This document shows, one piece after another, positions 38,060 through 51,795 of a stretch of DNA of 64,000 bases. The stretch comes from Moniliella sp. 'wahieum' (lineage: Eukaryota), in NCBI GenBank assembly GCA_003971905.1, contig RSEE01000080.1, forward strand, positions 1 to 64,000. Direction: 5' to 3'. The position numbers were made by a program, and so were the translations under genes. The stretch's first letter is position 1. Each line of letters opens with the position of its first letter. The notes under the pieces were generated by a model. That model saw nothing but the letters and a program-made list of their open reading frames with translations, made no database searches and was not told where the DNA came from.

Positions 38060-41000
38060 TCAGTTGAGGCGCTGCAGTCGCGCAGCCAGCGCGTCCAGCT
38101 CCGCCAGCCCCACCGTGAGCCCATCCCCCGCCGTGCCTTGGCCCGGGCACAACCTGGCCAGCATCGACTCGAGCGTCATTTTGCCCGCCGCGTTGGCCAG
38201 CCGCACTGACAGCTGCTGCAGCACCCCTGCCAGCTCCTCGTCCGATGCATCCTCCCGCACCCTGCACCCCAGCTGCTCGGGATGAGCCAGTACTACTCTT
38301 CCACCCGGCCCATCCGTGCGCCAGGCGGAACCAGTTGCCGTCACCGCCGTTGCCGTCGTCGCCAGCTGATGCGGTCAAGCTGCCAAACACGTGGCCGGCA
38401 CTGAGGCCTCGATGCGCACGCATAACAGTGCGATTTGGCGCACCTGCTGCGCATCCACCACCTGCACCGTCGGCTCAAACACGCGCGACGGCGCCGCCGG
38501 ATCCTGGAGCGTCGGATCGTACTTTAATCGCCCCGCAATCGCGCTGGGATACACATTGTACAGCAGCTCGGGGCTCTCCAGCCCCTTGAGCCGCCGAAAG
38601 CCAATTTCTTTGATCCCAAACCCCATTCTGCGCAGCAGCAACGTCACATCGCGGCTGACCTCGTGCCCGGCGCCCCTGCCGGTGCTTTCGCTTGGGTCTT
38701 CGTCCGCGCCAGCCGAGTTGGTCGGGTGCAAGGCGCCCATTGTCTCGGTCAATTCTTGCACCACGTCTTTGCTCACAAAGATTTGCCCGCCCCGCGCCGC
38801 ACTCTCGATCCGCGCTGCCCGGTTGACCATCGGGCCAAAGTAGTCCATCCGCCCCGTGATCGGATCGGGCTCGCAGACAGGACTGCCCCAATGAATCCCC
38901 ATCCGAAGTCGAAGCCCGCGGTAGATCACTTTGCCTTCATCGTCGCGCACTTCCTTGCCTTCCTCGCTCTCCAGCAGCTCTTGCGGCCAATCCTCTTTCA
39001 GCAGCAACGTCTGCACATTGAAACACCACAGTAGCGCCGCCGACACGGTCGAGAAGCTTGCCTAAAATGGACCCAAGGCGAAAGACACAAACATCAGTCA
39101 GTCAAGGCAGGCTCCCCATACAAGCACAAAACAAGGGAATGAGAAAAACCTACCATCATTCCATCGCCTTCGACCTTGCTCTCAAACCCTGCCACAACCC
39201 GCAGCTGCCGTCGAAGGAGAGAGTTGTGCAGGCGCATGGCCGTGTGCATGCCCGAGTTGGTCTCCCAGAGCCGGGTGGAATTTTGAATGTCGGTAAACAC
39301 CAGGGCGATCTGGCCAATCGGGGGCGCCACCTCGCGCTCCAACCGAGCCAAGTTGCGATCGGCCGGTAAACTGGTTCCGCCCACTTCGCCAAACCGTTTG
39401 CGTCGGACGCCATCCATGTCGGACGTGGCCAGGCCAGTGGCTGGGCCAGCACGAGGGCCAAACAGATCGGCGACGGATAAAATCATGACCATGATGCTCT
39501 CGTCGCCGCCATAGGAGATGGCCAAATCGCGCAGACGCTGCGCCGCGTTCATCGGATCGTCCCGTTCCATCCGCGCAATGTCAACCGCAGTCTGGTACGA
39601 CAAAAACTGCCACAGCGATCGGTTGGCAATGATCAAGAATTCATCCGAATCCACCAACTCGACCTTGCGTACGCGCCGCCGGCCGCATTCACCACGGGGA
39701 ACAAATGGTAGTATCCAAACCCACGCGAAACATCCAGCACATCCTTCACCCGTCCACGCAACGACACCCACCCTTCGGCGGTCCGGATGCGCTGCGTTTT
39801 CCTCGCGGTCAAACGGTTCGTGTTTGGGCCGAGCAGTTCGGCTTGGCCGCCATGGCTCAGCACGGCCAACGCGTCGCCGGCATTGGCAATGTAGAGGGTG
39901 CGACCGGTCAAGTAGGCCACCACGGCCGAACACCCCTCGGTCCATTCCGGCAGCGAGGTGACGTCGGATCGGGGCAAGGGCAAGCGCGGTTCGCGCGTCG
40001 CCGCATGCACACGCGCCTCCGACGTGCGACGCCTGTGTTCGTCGGCAATCAGCTGGGCAAAGAGGCTGTTGAGATGAAGGAAGGAACGGCGCAAACAAGC
40101 CTCAACCGAGATTGTGTCCGGATCGTTGTCCATGACCATCAATTGCTTTTCCACCTGCACCGCCAAGCCTTCCGCCAGAAAGCGGGCAATCTTGTTGGCG
40201 CCCGTCGCGTCGGGTCCGCGACCGTCAAACAGCCCCAGCAACGCTTCGCTCCCATCTCGCTTGCGGAAATCGGGCACGACAACATCCACCGTGTGCAACG
40301 AATCGCGCTCGCCCAGCGCATCCGCAATCCCATACGACAGACGGTTGACCTTGGACAAGGACGTGCGCACCCGTCGGTTCATCACCTCCTCCGGCGTCGA
40401 GTTGGTCGCCACCGTCACGTCCATCAAGCCCAGCACGCGAAGCATGGGGACATGGCTAAAGTCGGTAATGTTTTTGCGTCGGCCGGAAAGGGTGATGAAC
40501 TTGGCATTGATCTCAAACCGCTTGTTGCCACTGAGGTTGAGGTAGCGCAAGTCGGGATTGTTGTTCCAGTTCCAATCGTACGTCCAATTGGCCACGTTGT
40601 ACTTGAGGTTGTTGTTGCCCACGTCCAGCTTGACCAGCGCCGTCATCCGACTCAATTCGGCGGGCAAGGTTTGGAGTTTGTTGCCGTTGAGAAACAGGAT
40701 GCGGAGATGGGAGAGCGCCAACACATCCTCTGGCACACTGGTTAAACTGTTGCCCGACAAGTACAGTTCCTGCAACCGCTTGTTGGCCGACAGCGTGTGC
40801 ACCGGCACTTCGTAAATCTCATTAAAGCTGAGGTTGAGCACTTCCAGCTCAGTAAACAAACGCAAAATCGTAAACACATCGTCGGCCACATGGTTGTCGG
40901 CCAAACGCAATTGGCGCAAACTCAGAGCTAATGGCGGCACAGTGGGGGCCAACGACGGTGCGGACGAGCCGGCTGAACCTTTGCGGCCGAGGTCGGACGG

Positions 41001-44000
41001 TGGGGCCGAGGGGGAGGGGGAAACAAGATTACTGCCCAGGGGTAACGCGACCGTGTCCTGGTCAGCAAGCGCGACTGGAGCAGGAGGAGGGAGGGGGGGG
41101 AGCGGGGAAGGCTTCGAGTAAGTTGGAGGTGACGTTCAAGCGGTACAGCGAAGCGCAGTGCCAGATCGAAGCAGGTAGATGCTTGAGGTTGTTGTTTTGA
41201 ATGTTGAGGCCGGTCAGGTTGCGCAGGTTGCCAATCGAGTCGGGGAGGGTGACGAGGTTGTTGTTGCTGACGCTAAGACGACCAAGTTGGTCAGCTGGCC
41301 GAGCGAGTCGGGCAAGGTGACGAATTGGTTGCGGTCCAGCACCAGCTCGGTGAGCGAAGGCAGTAAGCGGAACAGCCCTTCGTCCAAACGTGCCATGTTG
41401 GTCGAGCTCAAGTTAAGGCTGGTCAGGTCCGAGGCCGACAAGGCACCGAGCGAAACTTTGGTCATGGGGTTCTGACCCACTTCGAGAATGCGCATCTTGG
41501 CACCCAACGTGGCTTCAAAGTGACGGATCTGGTTGTGCTCGCACTTGACCACATTGACCCGCGGCATGGCAAACAGGATCGACACATCGTGCAACAGGTT
41601 GCGACGCAAATCGATGGTTTGCAAATTGGTCAGTTGTGCCATCTGGTCCGGAAGATGCTCCAGGGAGTTGCCCACGACTTTGAGATGTTCAAGCTGGGTC
41701 AAGTGTCCCATCTCGGCGGGGAGGGTATGCAAGTTGTTAAACGAAACATCGAGATCGGCCAAGTTGGGCAGCTGGGTAATCACGGGCGGCAGCACGTCAA
41801 ATCGATTGTTGGACAAATGAAGCGTGCGAAGCGTGTCCACGTTGGCCACCCACGACGGCAACTGGTACAATCGGTTGTTCTGCGCCTTGATGGAGCACAG
41901 CTTGGGGCATGCCTCTAGCGACGGTTCGAGTTGCAAGATGCGATTGTTACTCACGTCCAAGTGGGTCAGCGACGCCGACACACGCACCCCGGCCGGGATG
42001 CGCTTCAGAGCCAAGTTGGTCAAGATCAGACGGCGAAGGTGGGTACACATTTGCACAAAGTCGGCCGGAACGTCCGGGATGGGGTTGCCCGACAGGTCCA
42101 ACGCCAAGATCCAGTCCGCATGCTTGTACAGAAAGATGGGAACCATCTCCAAGTTGCGTGCGTGCAGGTCTAAGATGGCATAGCGGTCAGGATCGTTGCC
42201 AAAACTATCCGAGTCAAAGGTGGGGACAAAATCGGGACGGTAGATAAACTTGAGAAAGTAGGACAAGTCTTCCTTGCCAAGCTCCTCCAAGCCGTCGGCG
42301 TCGGTATACCCTGCCTGCATCAGACGGCGGCGCTGCAGCACCGCAGGCCGCTCGTTGGCACCCAGGGGACGTTCTGGCACAAAGCAGGTCAGTTGCGCAA
42401 TCCAGAACACAGTGCATACTCCAGGAGCCTAGGCCACCGAAGCCAACAGCACGAGTCAATCAACGTACCGGCACCCTTGTCCCACACAAACAAACGGAAC
42501 GAGTGGCCCAACGACCCAAGCGACGGTTTGCGCATCAAACTTGCCTTGGTCTCCTGCACTGTCGTCTGCAGCGTCAGGCCTAGGGCAGTAAACGAACCAT
42601 CGGGCAACCAGATCCGAACCAGGTGCACCCGTCCCGTCTCCCCGCCCGAAGCTCGCGGTCGGGCCAAACGGCGCATAGGCTCGCTCGCCATCACCACGTG
42701 ACGGTACACCGACAAGAGATCCGGCCCGCCGCCTTCCTCGGTCCAACCGCCCGGCGCCGCCGCGCCATCGACCGTCGAAAACGGCATACCCACCGGCACC
42801 GGCGCCAACGACGAGTGGTGAGACGCAATCGACGGACTCGCCGTTCGCTCTCCGGCACCCAGCATCCATCCATGAGGGGCCGCCGTCTCGGGCAAGCCGG
42901 CAAGCGTGCTGGTGGCGCCCCAGTACGCCTGGCGTGGCGACGCGGGCGCCGGCGACGCGTACCGCGACGGCGGCTCGGACGAAGCTACCTCTTTGGGTGC
43001 CTCGCGATGGTTGTGGGTGTAGTGGGATGGTGGTGGTGGCCGTATCGACCAAGACCAGGCACGCGGGGCGCATTGTTGCGCAAGCCACCCAAGAGAGACG
43101 CTGCGGTACCCACTGCGCCCGAGGCGGCAGCCAGTGCGCCTCCGCCGCCGCGGGCGTTCCGCGGCACAGACTTTTTGGGCGCCGCGGTGGAGTGGTGGGC
43201 AGAGGCCGAGTGGCCCGAATGGTTGGAATGGGTCGAATGGCCCGAATGGTTCGAATGGTTCGAATGTGTTGAATGGTTCGACCGAACCGAGCGGAGCGAC
43301 TGGGCGGGATGCGACGACCGTTCCGTGCCGAACGATTCAGCGAGACGGAGGAGGCGTCAGGCAAGAGACCTGGACCCGAACCTGGGCCCGGGCTTGGCCC
43401 AGGCAAGACCGACGTCGAGCCCGATCTTCGTCGCACCGCCCGCCCCAGTGTGGCCGTTAGTGGGAAAAAGGAGGATTCGGGGGACGAGCTGCGAACGGGA
43501 ACGGGGGGGACGCCTGGCGTCGGTGGATCGTCTACCTTGGACTTGGGCATCGGGTGTGGAATCAAGCCCACCGGTCGGGTCCTCTCCCCGGCCGACTCGG
43601 CACTATCGTCGTCGCCTTGCACGGCCCACGAATCGGGCGCCATCCACGTGCTCGGCCCTGGTACGGGCGCACTGGCCGGCGGCTCCCTCCCAGACACGGG
43701 CGACGACAAGACGCTCAACGATTGGGTCCGAGTACTGTGGGGCAGATCCGCCTCCGCCTCCGCATCTGCCTCTGCATCTGTCTCCGTCTCTTCTCCCTTC
43801 TCGTCCTCCTCGTCTTCTGCCTCGTTTTCTCTCTCTTCCTCTCTTCCTCTTCCTCCTCTTCCTCCTCCCTCCTCCCCTCGTCGTGAGGTGGAAGAAGGTG
43901 GTGGAGAGGGCGGATTGACCGCCCAACTGTCCGGCGCAGACCACGAGGCAGCGGCCAAGACCGATCCTGATCCCGATCCGATCCCGATCCCGATCCTGAT

Positions 44001-46336
44001 CCGGAGCCCAAGCCTGAGAAACTGTGTGCGGACGCGCGCGCCTCGGACCCAGGATCGGGCTGCCCTGCCAGCGTGTTGGCGCGGCTGGCCGACCGGCGTG
44101 GCACAGGCTGCAGCGGCGGCCGGGGCGGCGCTGAGCGGCGGCGGGGGTCAAAGGCGCCGGCGCACGGACCAAGGGAGACAAGGACGCGAGAAATGGGGTG
44201 GATCGGGCGCCGCGCGTGTCCGAGTGAGAGCGGGCCGGGTGGTGAAACGTGAGCTGGCGCTCGGTCCGGGTCGGGGTGCAGGCACCGCTCGGCCGCTCCC
44301 TGTCCTCCGCCACGGGCGGCTCGACCCGAATCACGGGCGAGTCAGAGCGGAGGAGGATGGGCGGGAGGATGCGCGAGAGCGTGCACGGGAAGCGGAGAGG
44401 AGGCGCGCGAGGAGGGCGCACACGATGGTGCGCGCGACGGTGCCCGCGATGGTGTCCGCGATGGTGCCCGCGACGTTGACCCCGAGCCCGAGCCCGGGGC
44501 CGGACGAGAGGTGGAGCGGGAGCGAGACTGGGACGAGGCACGAGCCAAGCGGCGGGGATCGACAAAGGCGGCCACATCGCTGGGATCAAACCGAAGATCG
44601 ATCGTTGCGGCAGGTGCGTGGGCCACGAGTCGGGGCGGGCGGGCGGGTATAAAGCTGCTTTCGTGCGAAATGGGTGCGGTGGGACTACTGGCGCGATAAG
44701 GCGGCAGGGTGTAGGGATGGGCCGGAGCAAAGAAGGACCAAGGCCCACCTGCCTCACTCGGAGGTGATGTGGGCAGGGACGGATGGGAGGCGGGCGGAGT
44801 GGGTAGCGAAGCGGAGGAGCGGGTGGGGTGGTGGGACGAAGCGTGCGTGTGTGCATGTACGGGAGAAGTGGCACGAGCAACGGGAGGAGGGGCAGAGGCG
44901 GCGCCGCTGGCGCCGCTGGCCGCGGCGACAGAAGGAGATGGTGCAGCTGGGATTGAGCCTGGGGAAGAGGCGCGGGGCGCATGTTTTTGAACAGGCCTCC
45001 CAAATGGAGGCGGCGATGAGGGGGATCGGGGGCAGGCTCCTGGGCCTTGCCAGCGGGGCGCAGGGAAGTATCCGACGAGGAAGGGCTGAGCACGGTAGTG
45101 AATCCAGTATCCAGCGACTGGTGCGACTGGGCGTCGTGGGCCGCATGCTTCTTGGACTGAAAGGCAAAGGGGGGCAGATGTGAGCAACAGGGACGGTCAG
45201 AGAGGGGGGCGACGAAGCCTGCCCCAGCCATTGAGGCTGGCGACGCAGCGCGACGACAAGGGGATTGCCTCGGAAAACGTACCTGAGAGCGGGGCGGGTG
45301 ACGGAGGCGGAGCGGGAGGCGGAGGCGGAGGCTGATCGTGGGGTCGAAGCGGAGCGGGAGCCAGGTGGCGGGCTGGGCGAATGGCGGGCGGGGCCATGCG
45401 CGTAAGGATGTGGGAAGAGATGGGGCATGCGCAGATTGGAAGCAGAGGAGGGACCAAGGCCATTGCCTGCGTTGGACAGCAGCGGGAAGAAGCCGTGGTG
45501 CGGCACGGGAGCGGGTGGGGCCAAAGGCTCCGACGCATGGGTGCAGCTTGTGGTGGGCGACGTGGGCGAGGGGGGAGCTGTCTCGGGGTCAGGGGCGTCT
45601 GAGTCGGGGTTTGCGAGCCAGGGCGGGGGGAGCGGAGGGGAGGCTGAGCCCTCGGGCAACGAGGCTTCGCCCGACGGCCGAGCCTCGATCCAGCCGGGCC
45701 GCTCGACATCGCAGGAAGCCGCGGGGGTGGAGAGCGGCGGTTGGTACTGGGGCCTGAATGTCCTCCTGGCTCCTCGGCGGTGCTGTGCTCGGGTTCGTCC
45801 ATGCCCAGCCCGAGTCCCAGGGCGCTGGGGGTACTGTCGTAGCTGGAGGTCCGCGTGTGAGAGCGGCGGGCCATGGACGCGAGTATGGGTACCTGGAGGC
45901 ATGCGGAGAGGGGGAGGGCGATGGGGACGGAAGGGGGAGAGGGCGAGCGCGGGGGAGGCGGCGGCGGATGCAGATGTGGATGCAGCCGCTGAGGTAGGCG
46001 CGCTGCCAGTAGCCGGGGTGGCTCGGCGGGATGAGGGGGGAGGGGGAGGGGGGGCTGCGGAGGCGGCGGGGGGGCGAGGCGGCGGAGGCGGCGGTCGCGG
46101 CCACGGCCTGCGCTCTGTGCGTTCTGGGGGGGGGCAGAGGGGGTGGGGGGTTGTGGGGGGGGGGGTGGCGTGGTGGCGTGCTTGAGGATGGAAAGGAGGG
46201 TGCCGCCGCTGCGCTTGGCGGTGCGGGCGACGGAGTGGTGGGAGGGCGCGGCGGAGGCGGCGCCGGCGGAGGAGGTGGAGGGGGCGGTGCTGGAGACGCT
46301 GGCCGAGCTGGACGAGCGCGGGCGGCGTTGGGGCAT
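38060..46336 (-). CDS. CAC1: Adenylate cyclase (fungal class III: G-alpha-binding, Ras-association, LRR, PP2C-like and catalytic domains); frameshifted, introns ~39059-39152 and ~42385-42468
   Basis: WMAPDSWAV motifs; ERPLGANERPAVLQRRRLMQAGY; many LRRs; NWTYDWNWN; YGIADALG PP2C-like domain; ALVFTDIQNSTRLWE; RLRMGIHWGSPVCEPDPITGRMDYFGPMVNRAARI; LKGLESPE. Start could be as far upstream as 46452. Confidence 0.96.
43205..43281. repeat. 9-bp coding tandem repeat (CGAATGGYY) within adenylate cyclase N-terminus
   Basis: About 8 units of cgaatggtt/cgaatggcc. Confidence 0.8.
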
Positions 46337-47007
46337 TGGGGGAGGGGAGGGGGATGCAGATGGTGGGGATGCGGATGCGGATGGTGTGGATGCGGATGCG
46401 GATGGCAATGCGAAGGCAATGATTGAGGCGGCGTGGCTTGATGGGAGTACATCCGGTGAATATTGAATGCCAGCCCATCCCTTGCAGCTGCGTCTTGGCG
46501 CCTGCACCCGCACCAGCCAGCGGCGGCCGTCTGGGACAGCGGAGAGTGCTGAGTACTACTGAGTGTGCTGAGTGCGGCTGAGCGCTGACTGTTCACGCAC
46601 TCGTCACTCGTCACACTGCGTCTCCACGCCCAGCCCCCACGCAGCACACACCGCCCCCCGCCCCGCCCGGCCGCAGTCGATAACAACGATCATCGATCAT
46701 CGATCATCGATCATCGGCCACCCACCACTGCCCCCGCACCGCCCCCGCCGACAGCACCACGCCAGACAGCCACACCCGCCGGCAGCATCGCATTTCAACT
46801 TTCATTCCACCACGTGACATGTCGCATGGCCGGTGCCGGTGCGCTGCCCCGACGCCATCCCCACTGCCTGCATGCCAGCCGCACGGGGCCACCGCCATCG
46901 GTCCCCCAGCAGACATGTAGCCGTCCATAGATAGAAATACAGTATGCATCGCGCATCGTCCATCGAGTGTGGCCAGGGCGCTCGGCTCAGTGCTCAACTC
47001 GAGCTGC

Positions 47008-49177
47008 TCAGCCCTCAGCTCCGCCCTCAGCCTCAGCACTCGGCTGCCCCCCAAAGCGCAGGCGCTGGTACTCGGCATACGTCCGGGGCCACGGCCCGGC
47101 GTTCATCACCGTGCACGCCGCCCCCCCCCGCCTCCCCGCGGCCAGCCCGCCCAGCATCTTCACAGCTACACGTCCCTCCCAGCCAGCGCGGCAGTGCGTC
47201 GGGCGCAGCCCACTCGCGCAACGCGTGCTGAAAGTCGCTGCCCTGGATGTCGATCTTGTCGCGCGTGGCGGGCGGCAACCAGGCCCGGATCGACGCAAAG
47301 ATCTTGGCAAACACCCAGGGCGCATTGACAATCACAATCTGGCCCGACAGCTCGGGGAAAATCGTGTCGAGCAGGCTGAGCAGCGTGTTCAATTCGCTCT
47401 TCATGGCCCAAAACGTGCCAAAGCCCAGGCCTTGGACATTGATGATCATCAAGTGCTCGTCCACCTGTCGAGGCACCTGGGCCGAGCCCACGCATATTGG
47501 TACCGTATCGCCCGCTCCAGCGTGACGGCAAAGTTGGCCACAATCTCTGCCCCCGTGACCCCCCCAAAATCGCCCTGGTATCCACCTGCCCTAGATCTTG
47601 GATCAGAATCGGCCGGCCGAGCCGGTCCGTCTTGTGGAAATACATCCGCCACCCGTGCTCGGCCACAAAGCAGGCGTGCTCCCACCCCACCCGCTCGCCA
47701 GCTTGTCTTCCAACCCCAACGGCAGCCCCCACCTCGGCTTCCACCGCCGCCGCGGCCGGATCGTGCGGAGACGTGTACTTGAATCGATGCGCACTGCGGT
47801 ACATGTCCATCGCAGCCGGTACGTTCCAATCGCGCGCACGTAACCAGCGCAACAGATGAATCCGCTGTTGCGTCGCCAAGCTGGGCAGACCACCACGTGC
47901 CTCGACCTCGGCCGAGGGAGGCGGGCCCACCACCTCCCCCCCCCCGGCCAAAGGAGCTGGAAGATGGGGCACGGCATCGGGTCGGACGACGGCAGCAGGA
48001 TGGATGTGGTCAACAGGCGTAGGGAACGCATGCAGCTCCGCCTGCTTGTGCAGCCCAACCACAAAATGCCCCAAGGCCGTCTCTTGCTCCGCAGTCAAGT
48101 TGCCCACATGGCCAGGCAGAATGGCGGAGCTGGTAACCACGGGCTCCAGTCTATGGCGCTCATGGCGCGCGAGCTCGCGCGCAGGTGCGCGGAAGAAGCG
48201 AGCTGGGGCATGGTGGCCGCTGCAGCGCGCACGCCCAACCTGCCCGACGCCGACGCCCCGGCAGACACGGGCGCAGAACGTACGGCGACACCTTCCTGTA
48301 CGGGCGCACAGGGCGTGGAGCCGCTGCCAAAGCTGGCCGAAGGACCAGAGAGCGGGCTGTGCAGTCCAGGCGACGACGAAGCCAAGCCGGCTTCGAACGC
48401 CAAGGCCGTCGCTGACGCTTCTGCCGACCCAGCCGTTGACGCAATCGTCCCACTCGATCCGCTCCTGTCATCCGCCGCGGTAGACAGGTGGGGGGCCAAT
48501 GCCGCCGCCGCCGCTGGGTCCCGCAGCTTGCGTCGCAAACGCAACGATGAGGGCCGGAGAAACGATTTGAGCGAAGAGCGGGAAACGTTGGAGCGCACCG
48601 AGCGGGCCGAGCGAAGCGAGGCCGAGGCAGTAGAAGTGCGGCTCGGCGCTGTGCCGCTGGGCGTCGTGCCGTTGGGCGTCGTGCCGTTGGGCGTGTGTGC
48701 CGCTGGGCGTCGAACGGAGCGGCACGCCAGCTCCAGCTCGCGCGGCATCGTCCACAGACGCCCGCGATGCGGTGGGTTGCGGCCTGCCAGCGTGGCCAGC
48801 CGCTGGTCCAGCAGCGAAGGCGGCACGTGCGCACGGCCACGCTCCCACTCGCCACTGGGAGCAGAGCGGGGAGGGGAGGCGGACGCGGCGCGGGAATGGG
48901 GATGGGCGAAAGGGGGGAGGAGCCTACGACGCGGCGCGAGAGGGGGGTGGTCACCTGGGACACGAGCGATTTGAGCCGGCCGTGATGGGGGCGGGACGAA
49001 GGGGGAGTGGGATGCGGGGAGGCAGGCGGCGGCGGTGAGGGGGCAGTGAGTGTGGTGGCGAGTGTGATGGGGCGGAGCATCGAGGGCAGAGACGTGGCTG
49101 CTGCTGTTGGGCGGGGCGAGGGAGGTGTGGGCGGTGTGGAAGCTGTCGATGCTGGGGAGCGGCTGGAACGGAGGCAT
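47008..49177 (-). CDS. Sec14/CRAL-TRIO lipid-transfer protein with long low-complexity N-terminus; frameshifted
   Basis: LPGHVGNLTAEQETAL, LLRWLRARDWNVPAAMDMY, YFHKTDRLGRPILIQDLG, FPELSGQIVIVNAPWVF...IRAWLPPATRDKI, LPRWLGGTCSC, NAGPW. Confidence 0.88.
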
Positions 49178-50343
49178 GGAGCCAAGGCTGGCGGGGGTGG
49201 TGGAGGGGGGTGGCCGAGGCAGTCTTGGGGCGGGGCGGGACGGGCGGGTGGGTGAGGCTCAGCGCGCAGCCTGCGCTGCAGCCCACCATTGGCTGAGGTT
49301 CTTGATGGTCAGATTCCTCTCTCTGTAATACTACTTCACTGGTGTCATATCGTTTACAGACCAAGAAACGCTATGCCTCCCCCGACCTGCTCGGCCTGCG
49401 TGTGCTGCTTGTTGGCCTCAAACCCGGTTAGGAAGCCAGAGGAGCTGGTTAGCGATTCTGCCGCCCGCCATCCGTATCCAACCCCGAGGTAGCGCGCGCG
49501 GATACAAACGAGCGTGGCAGACATCCGAGCGTTCAAACGCTGAATCATCGATATCTCCCGTGAGACTAACTGATGATATCATTTGCTGAACGTAAAGCTG
49601 GGACAAAGAAGAAACGCAGCTTGACCCTCTTGATTCAAAAAATGGGAAAGGCGTGTGTCATCAACTGGTGGTAACTCCACAGAGAAAGCAATGCCAGCGC
49701 AGTCAGCCACAGCCAGCCAGCGCAGCCCGTCCAGCGTATGCGCGCTAACATTCCCCCTACCCTACCCTACTCTCCAACGTGGAACGGCGGAACGGGTAGA
49801 ACGGTGGCTATATGGTCCCGAAGATGGAAGGCGCCGACTGATGGAACGGAGCGCTACGGTGGCCCCAGCCTTGCCCAGCACCCACACCTAGTAGCCAACC
49901 GTATGTAAAACTGCAAGGCCCGTTGTAACCCTACAATTCTGACCTAACCGTCCAGCCACCCACCGCCAGTCTCGTCACCCCCACCGCCAACAAGAGATGC
50001 AGAGCACTGGTCCCCCGGGCGACTTCTAAGAGTACTACTATTCTCTTGTCGGGAAGGGCTATGTAGCAGCGTCAGTGTGAGCAACAAACCAAGCGTAAGT
50101 GGGATGGGGAAATCACAAAACCAGCCCGAAGCCACAGTCAGTTTGTCGACGGCGGGTAGGGTCGCAGGTTGGGAAGAGTAGCTGTTGCCGTCGATCTCCT
50201 CGGAAGTGTGTTCCACTCCTTCTCAAGAACTACACCAGCTCACAGAGATCTATACCCATCACCCTTGGTTCATAACCGTTCTTTCATGGCTCCAGATCAG
50301 TCCAATGGGATTTCGGGAGAGGAATCAAGACAATGGCAGGGCT

Positions 50344-50974
50344 TTATGGCAGGGCCCGCTGCCCCCCCACTGCATCGCGGTCAAATCCATGCCTTGAGGC
50401 GGTTGCCCACCACCTTGTACCCACGAGGACTGGTGCGGCCCAGCACCCCCCACGAGATGACGTTGCCACGTTCGTTGACCCACAGCGCGTCCCGGGCGTG
50501 CAGCAACTTGTGCTCCGGCGACAGATCCAACCGACGCACATTGTCCACCCGGACCAACTCCTTCACTCGGAGCAGTTCACCCGCCACCGAGGCATGCTGC
50601 GGCAGGTAAACCGCATGCATACGGTGCCGCAAGCCCAACGCAGCAATGACCCGACGCAAAAACCAGGGGGTACCCATCATACCACGGGCTTGCACCACGC
50701 GGAAATGGGTCGTAGGCCCCGGACCGAATTGGACGGGGTGGACGGGCGGCAGCGTCGGCGTCATGGACAGAGGCCAGCTTAGGAGACTTCTCCTTCACCA
50801 ATTTTTGGTAAACGCCTTAGAAGGGTTATGAGCAGGGAGCGCATCGCCATCAATCACCTCTTGCGTAGGCGCAGCCATCTGGTTGGTCCACGTCGAGGAG
50901 TGGCGCCCACCCAGCAGCGCACTCGGGCGCAGCGCCGCAAGCGGTGTCCGGATCAGCAACGTGCGAGACAGCAT
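50344..50974 (-). CDS. MRPL33: Mitochondrial ribosomal protein uL30m; frameshifted
   Basis: Arg/Leu/Ser-rich presequence MLSRTLLIRTPLAALRPS; L30 domain THFRVVQARGMMG...ALGLRHR...VAGELLRVKELVRVDNV; PRGYKVVG. Confidence 0.82.
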
Positions 50975-51795
50975 GGCGAACTTAGCGGGAATCAAACAGG
51001 ATACAATGTCAGCCTGGTTCCCATTCGATTGAAGGAGCACGTGGGGGCAAGGTGGGTCGGGAGCCGCGAGGGACACTTGCGGCCAACAGGGACCGAAGCA
51101 GCCCTACCCTCTCCTATCCCAGAGGAAGGAGGCCATTTTCGGTGCCAATTCGACCCGCCCCCACGAGGTCGGAGATGCGGGTGTCCCATCGCCAGGGGAA
51201 TCGATGCAGAACATACCTGAGGCTGGTTTCCCAAGGAAGATGGTGCGGCACCGCGATGGAGACGACGTTGGACTGGCTCGCGGCAAATGGAGAAGGAATC
51301 TGGCCGCGGAACTCAGGTGGCTGAAGTTGAAATCCAGGAGCGGAATGAACAATTACCCCGGACTCGCGGGGGGTGACATATTTGTGGCCTAGTCGGACGC
51401 AGTGTTTTTTCCAGGCCTGCATATCCTCCAGGTTGGAAACCAGAATGGCGTGGGTGGGAGGGTACTGACCTGCATACAACGCTAATGGTATCCTAAGGTG
51501 GTGTACACCACTTGGCACAAATGTCGGTCGGTGATGATGAAGCCTGGGGGACGAAGCGTTACTTATCCCTGTAGTGTGCGTATATAAAAAAAGTTTTGCA
51601 AAAAATCTATGTAGAATCAAAGAGGGGAGGAGAAAGAGGGCGCAACTCACATCAAGGGTAAGGGCACGTTGTTCGGACGTATTAGAAGAACTCGGCATCC
51701 TTCGGGATACTGATGGAAGCGAGATTAAGCCCACAACAACAAAAGTAGGGCTGGCTGTTACGCTTCTGTCTGCTACACTTTTCGAGAAACACAAA

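Noticed and set aside
46030..46170. G-quadruplex-like G-runs
   Set aside because: Explained by poly-Pro codons in the adenylate cyclase N-terminus on the opposite strand.
39705..48974. Long plus-strand ORFs (e.g. 39705..40745, 42623..43918, 43273..44652, 47856..48974)
   Set aside because: These are antisense shadows of GC-rich minus-strand genes (adenylate cyclase, Sec14) with no independent motifs.
49752..49771. CCCTA repeats as telomeric seed or telomerase template
   Set aside because: Only three 5-bp units, not CCCTAA, with no supporting structure.
51081..51103. CAGG...AGCAG resembling SRP RNA helix 8
   Set aside because: The intervening 6 nt cannot form the stem plus GNRA tetraloop.
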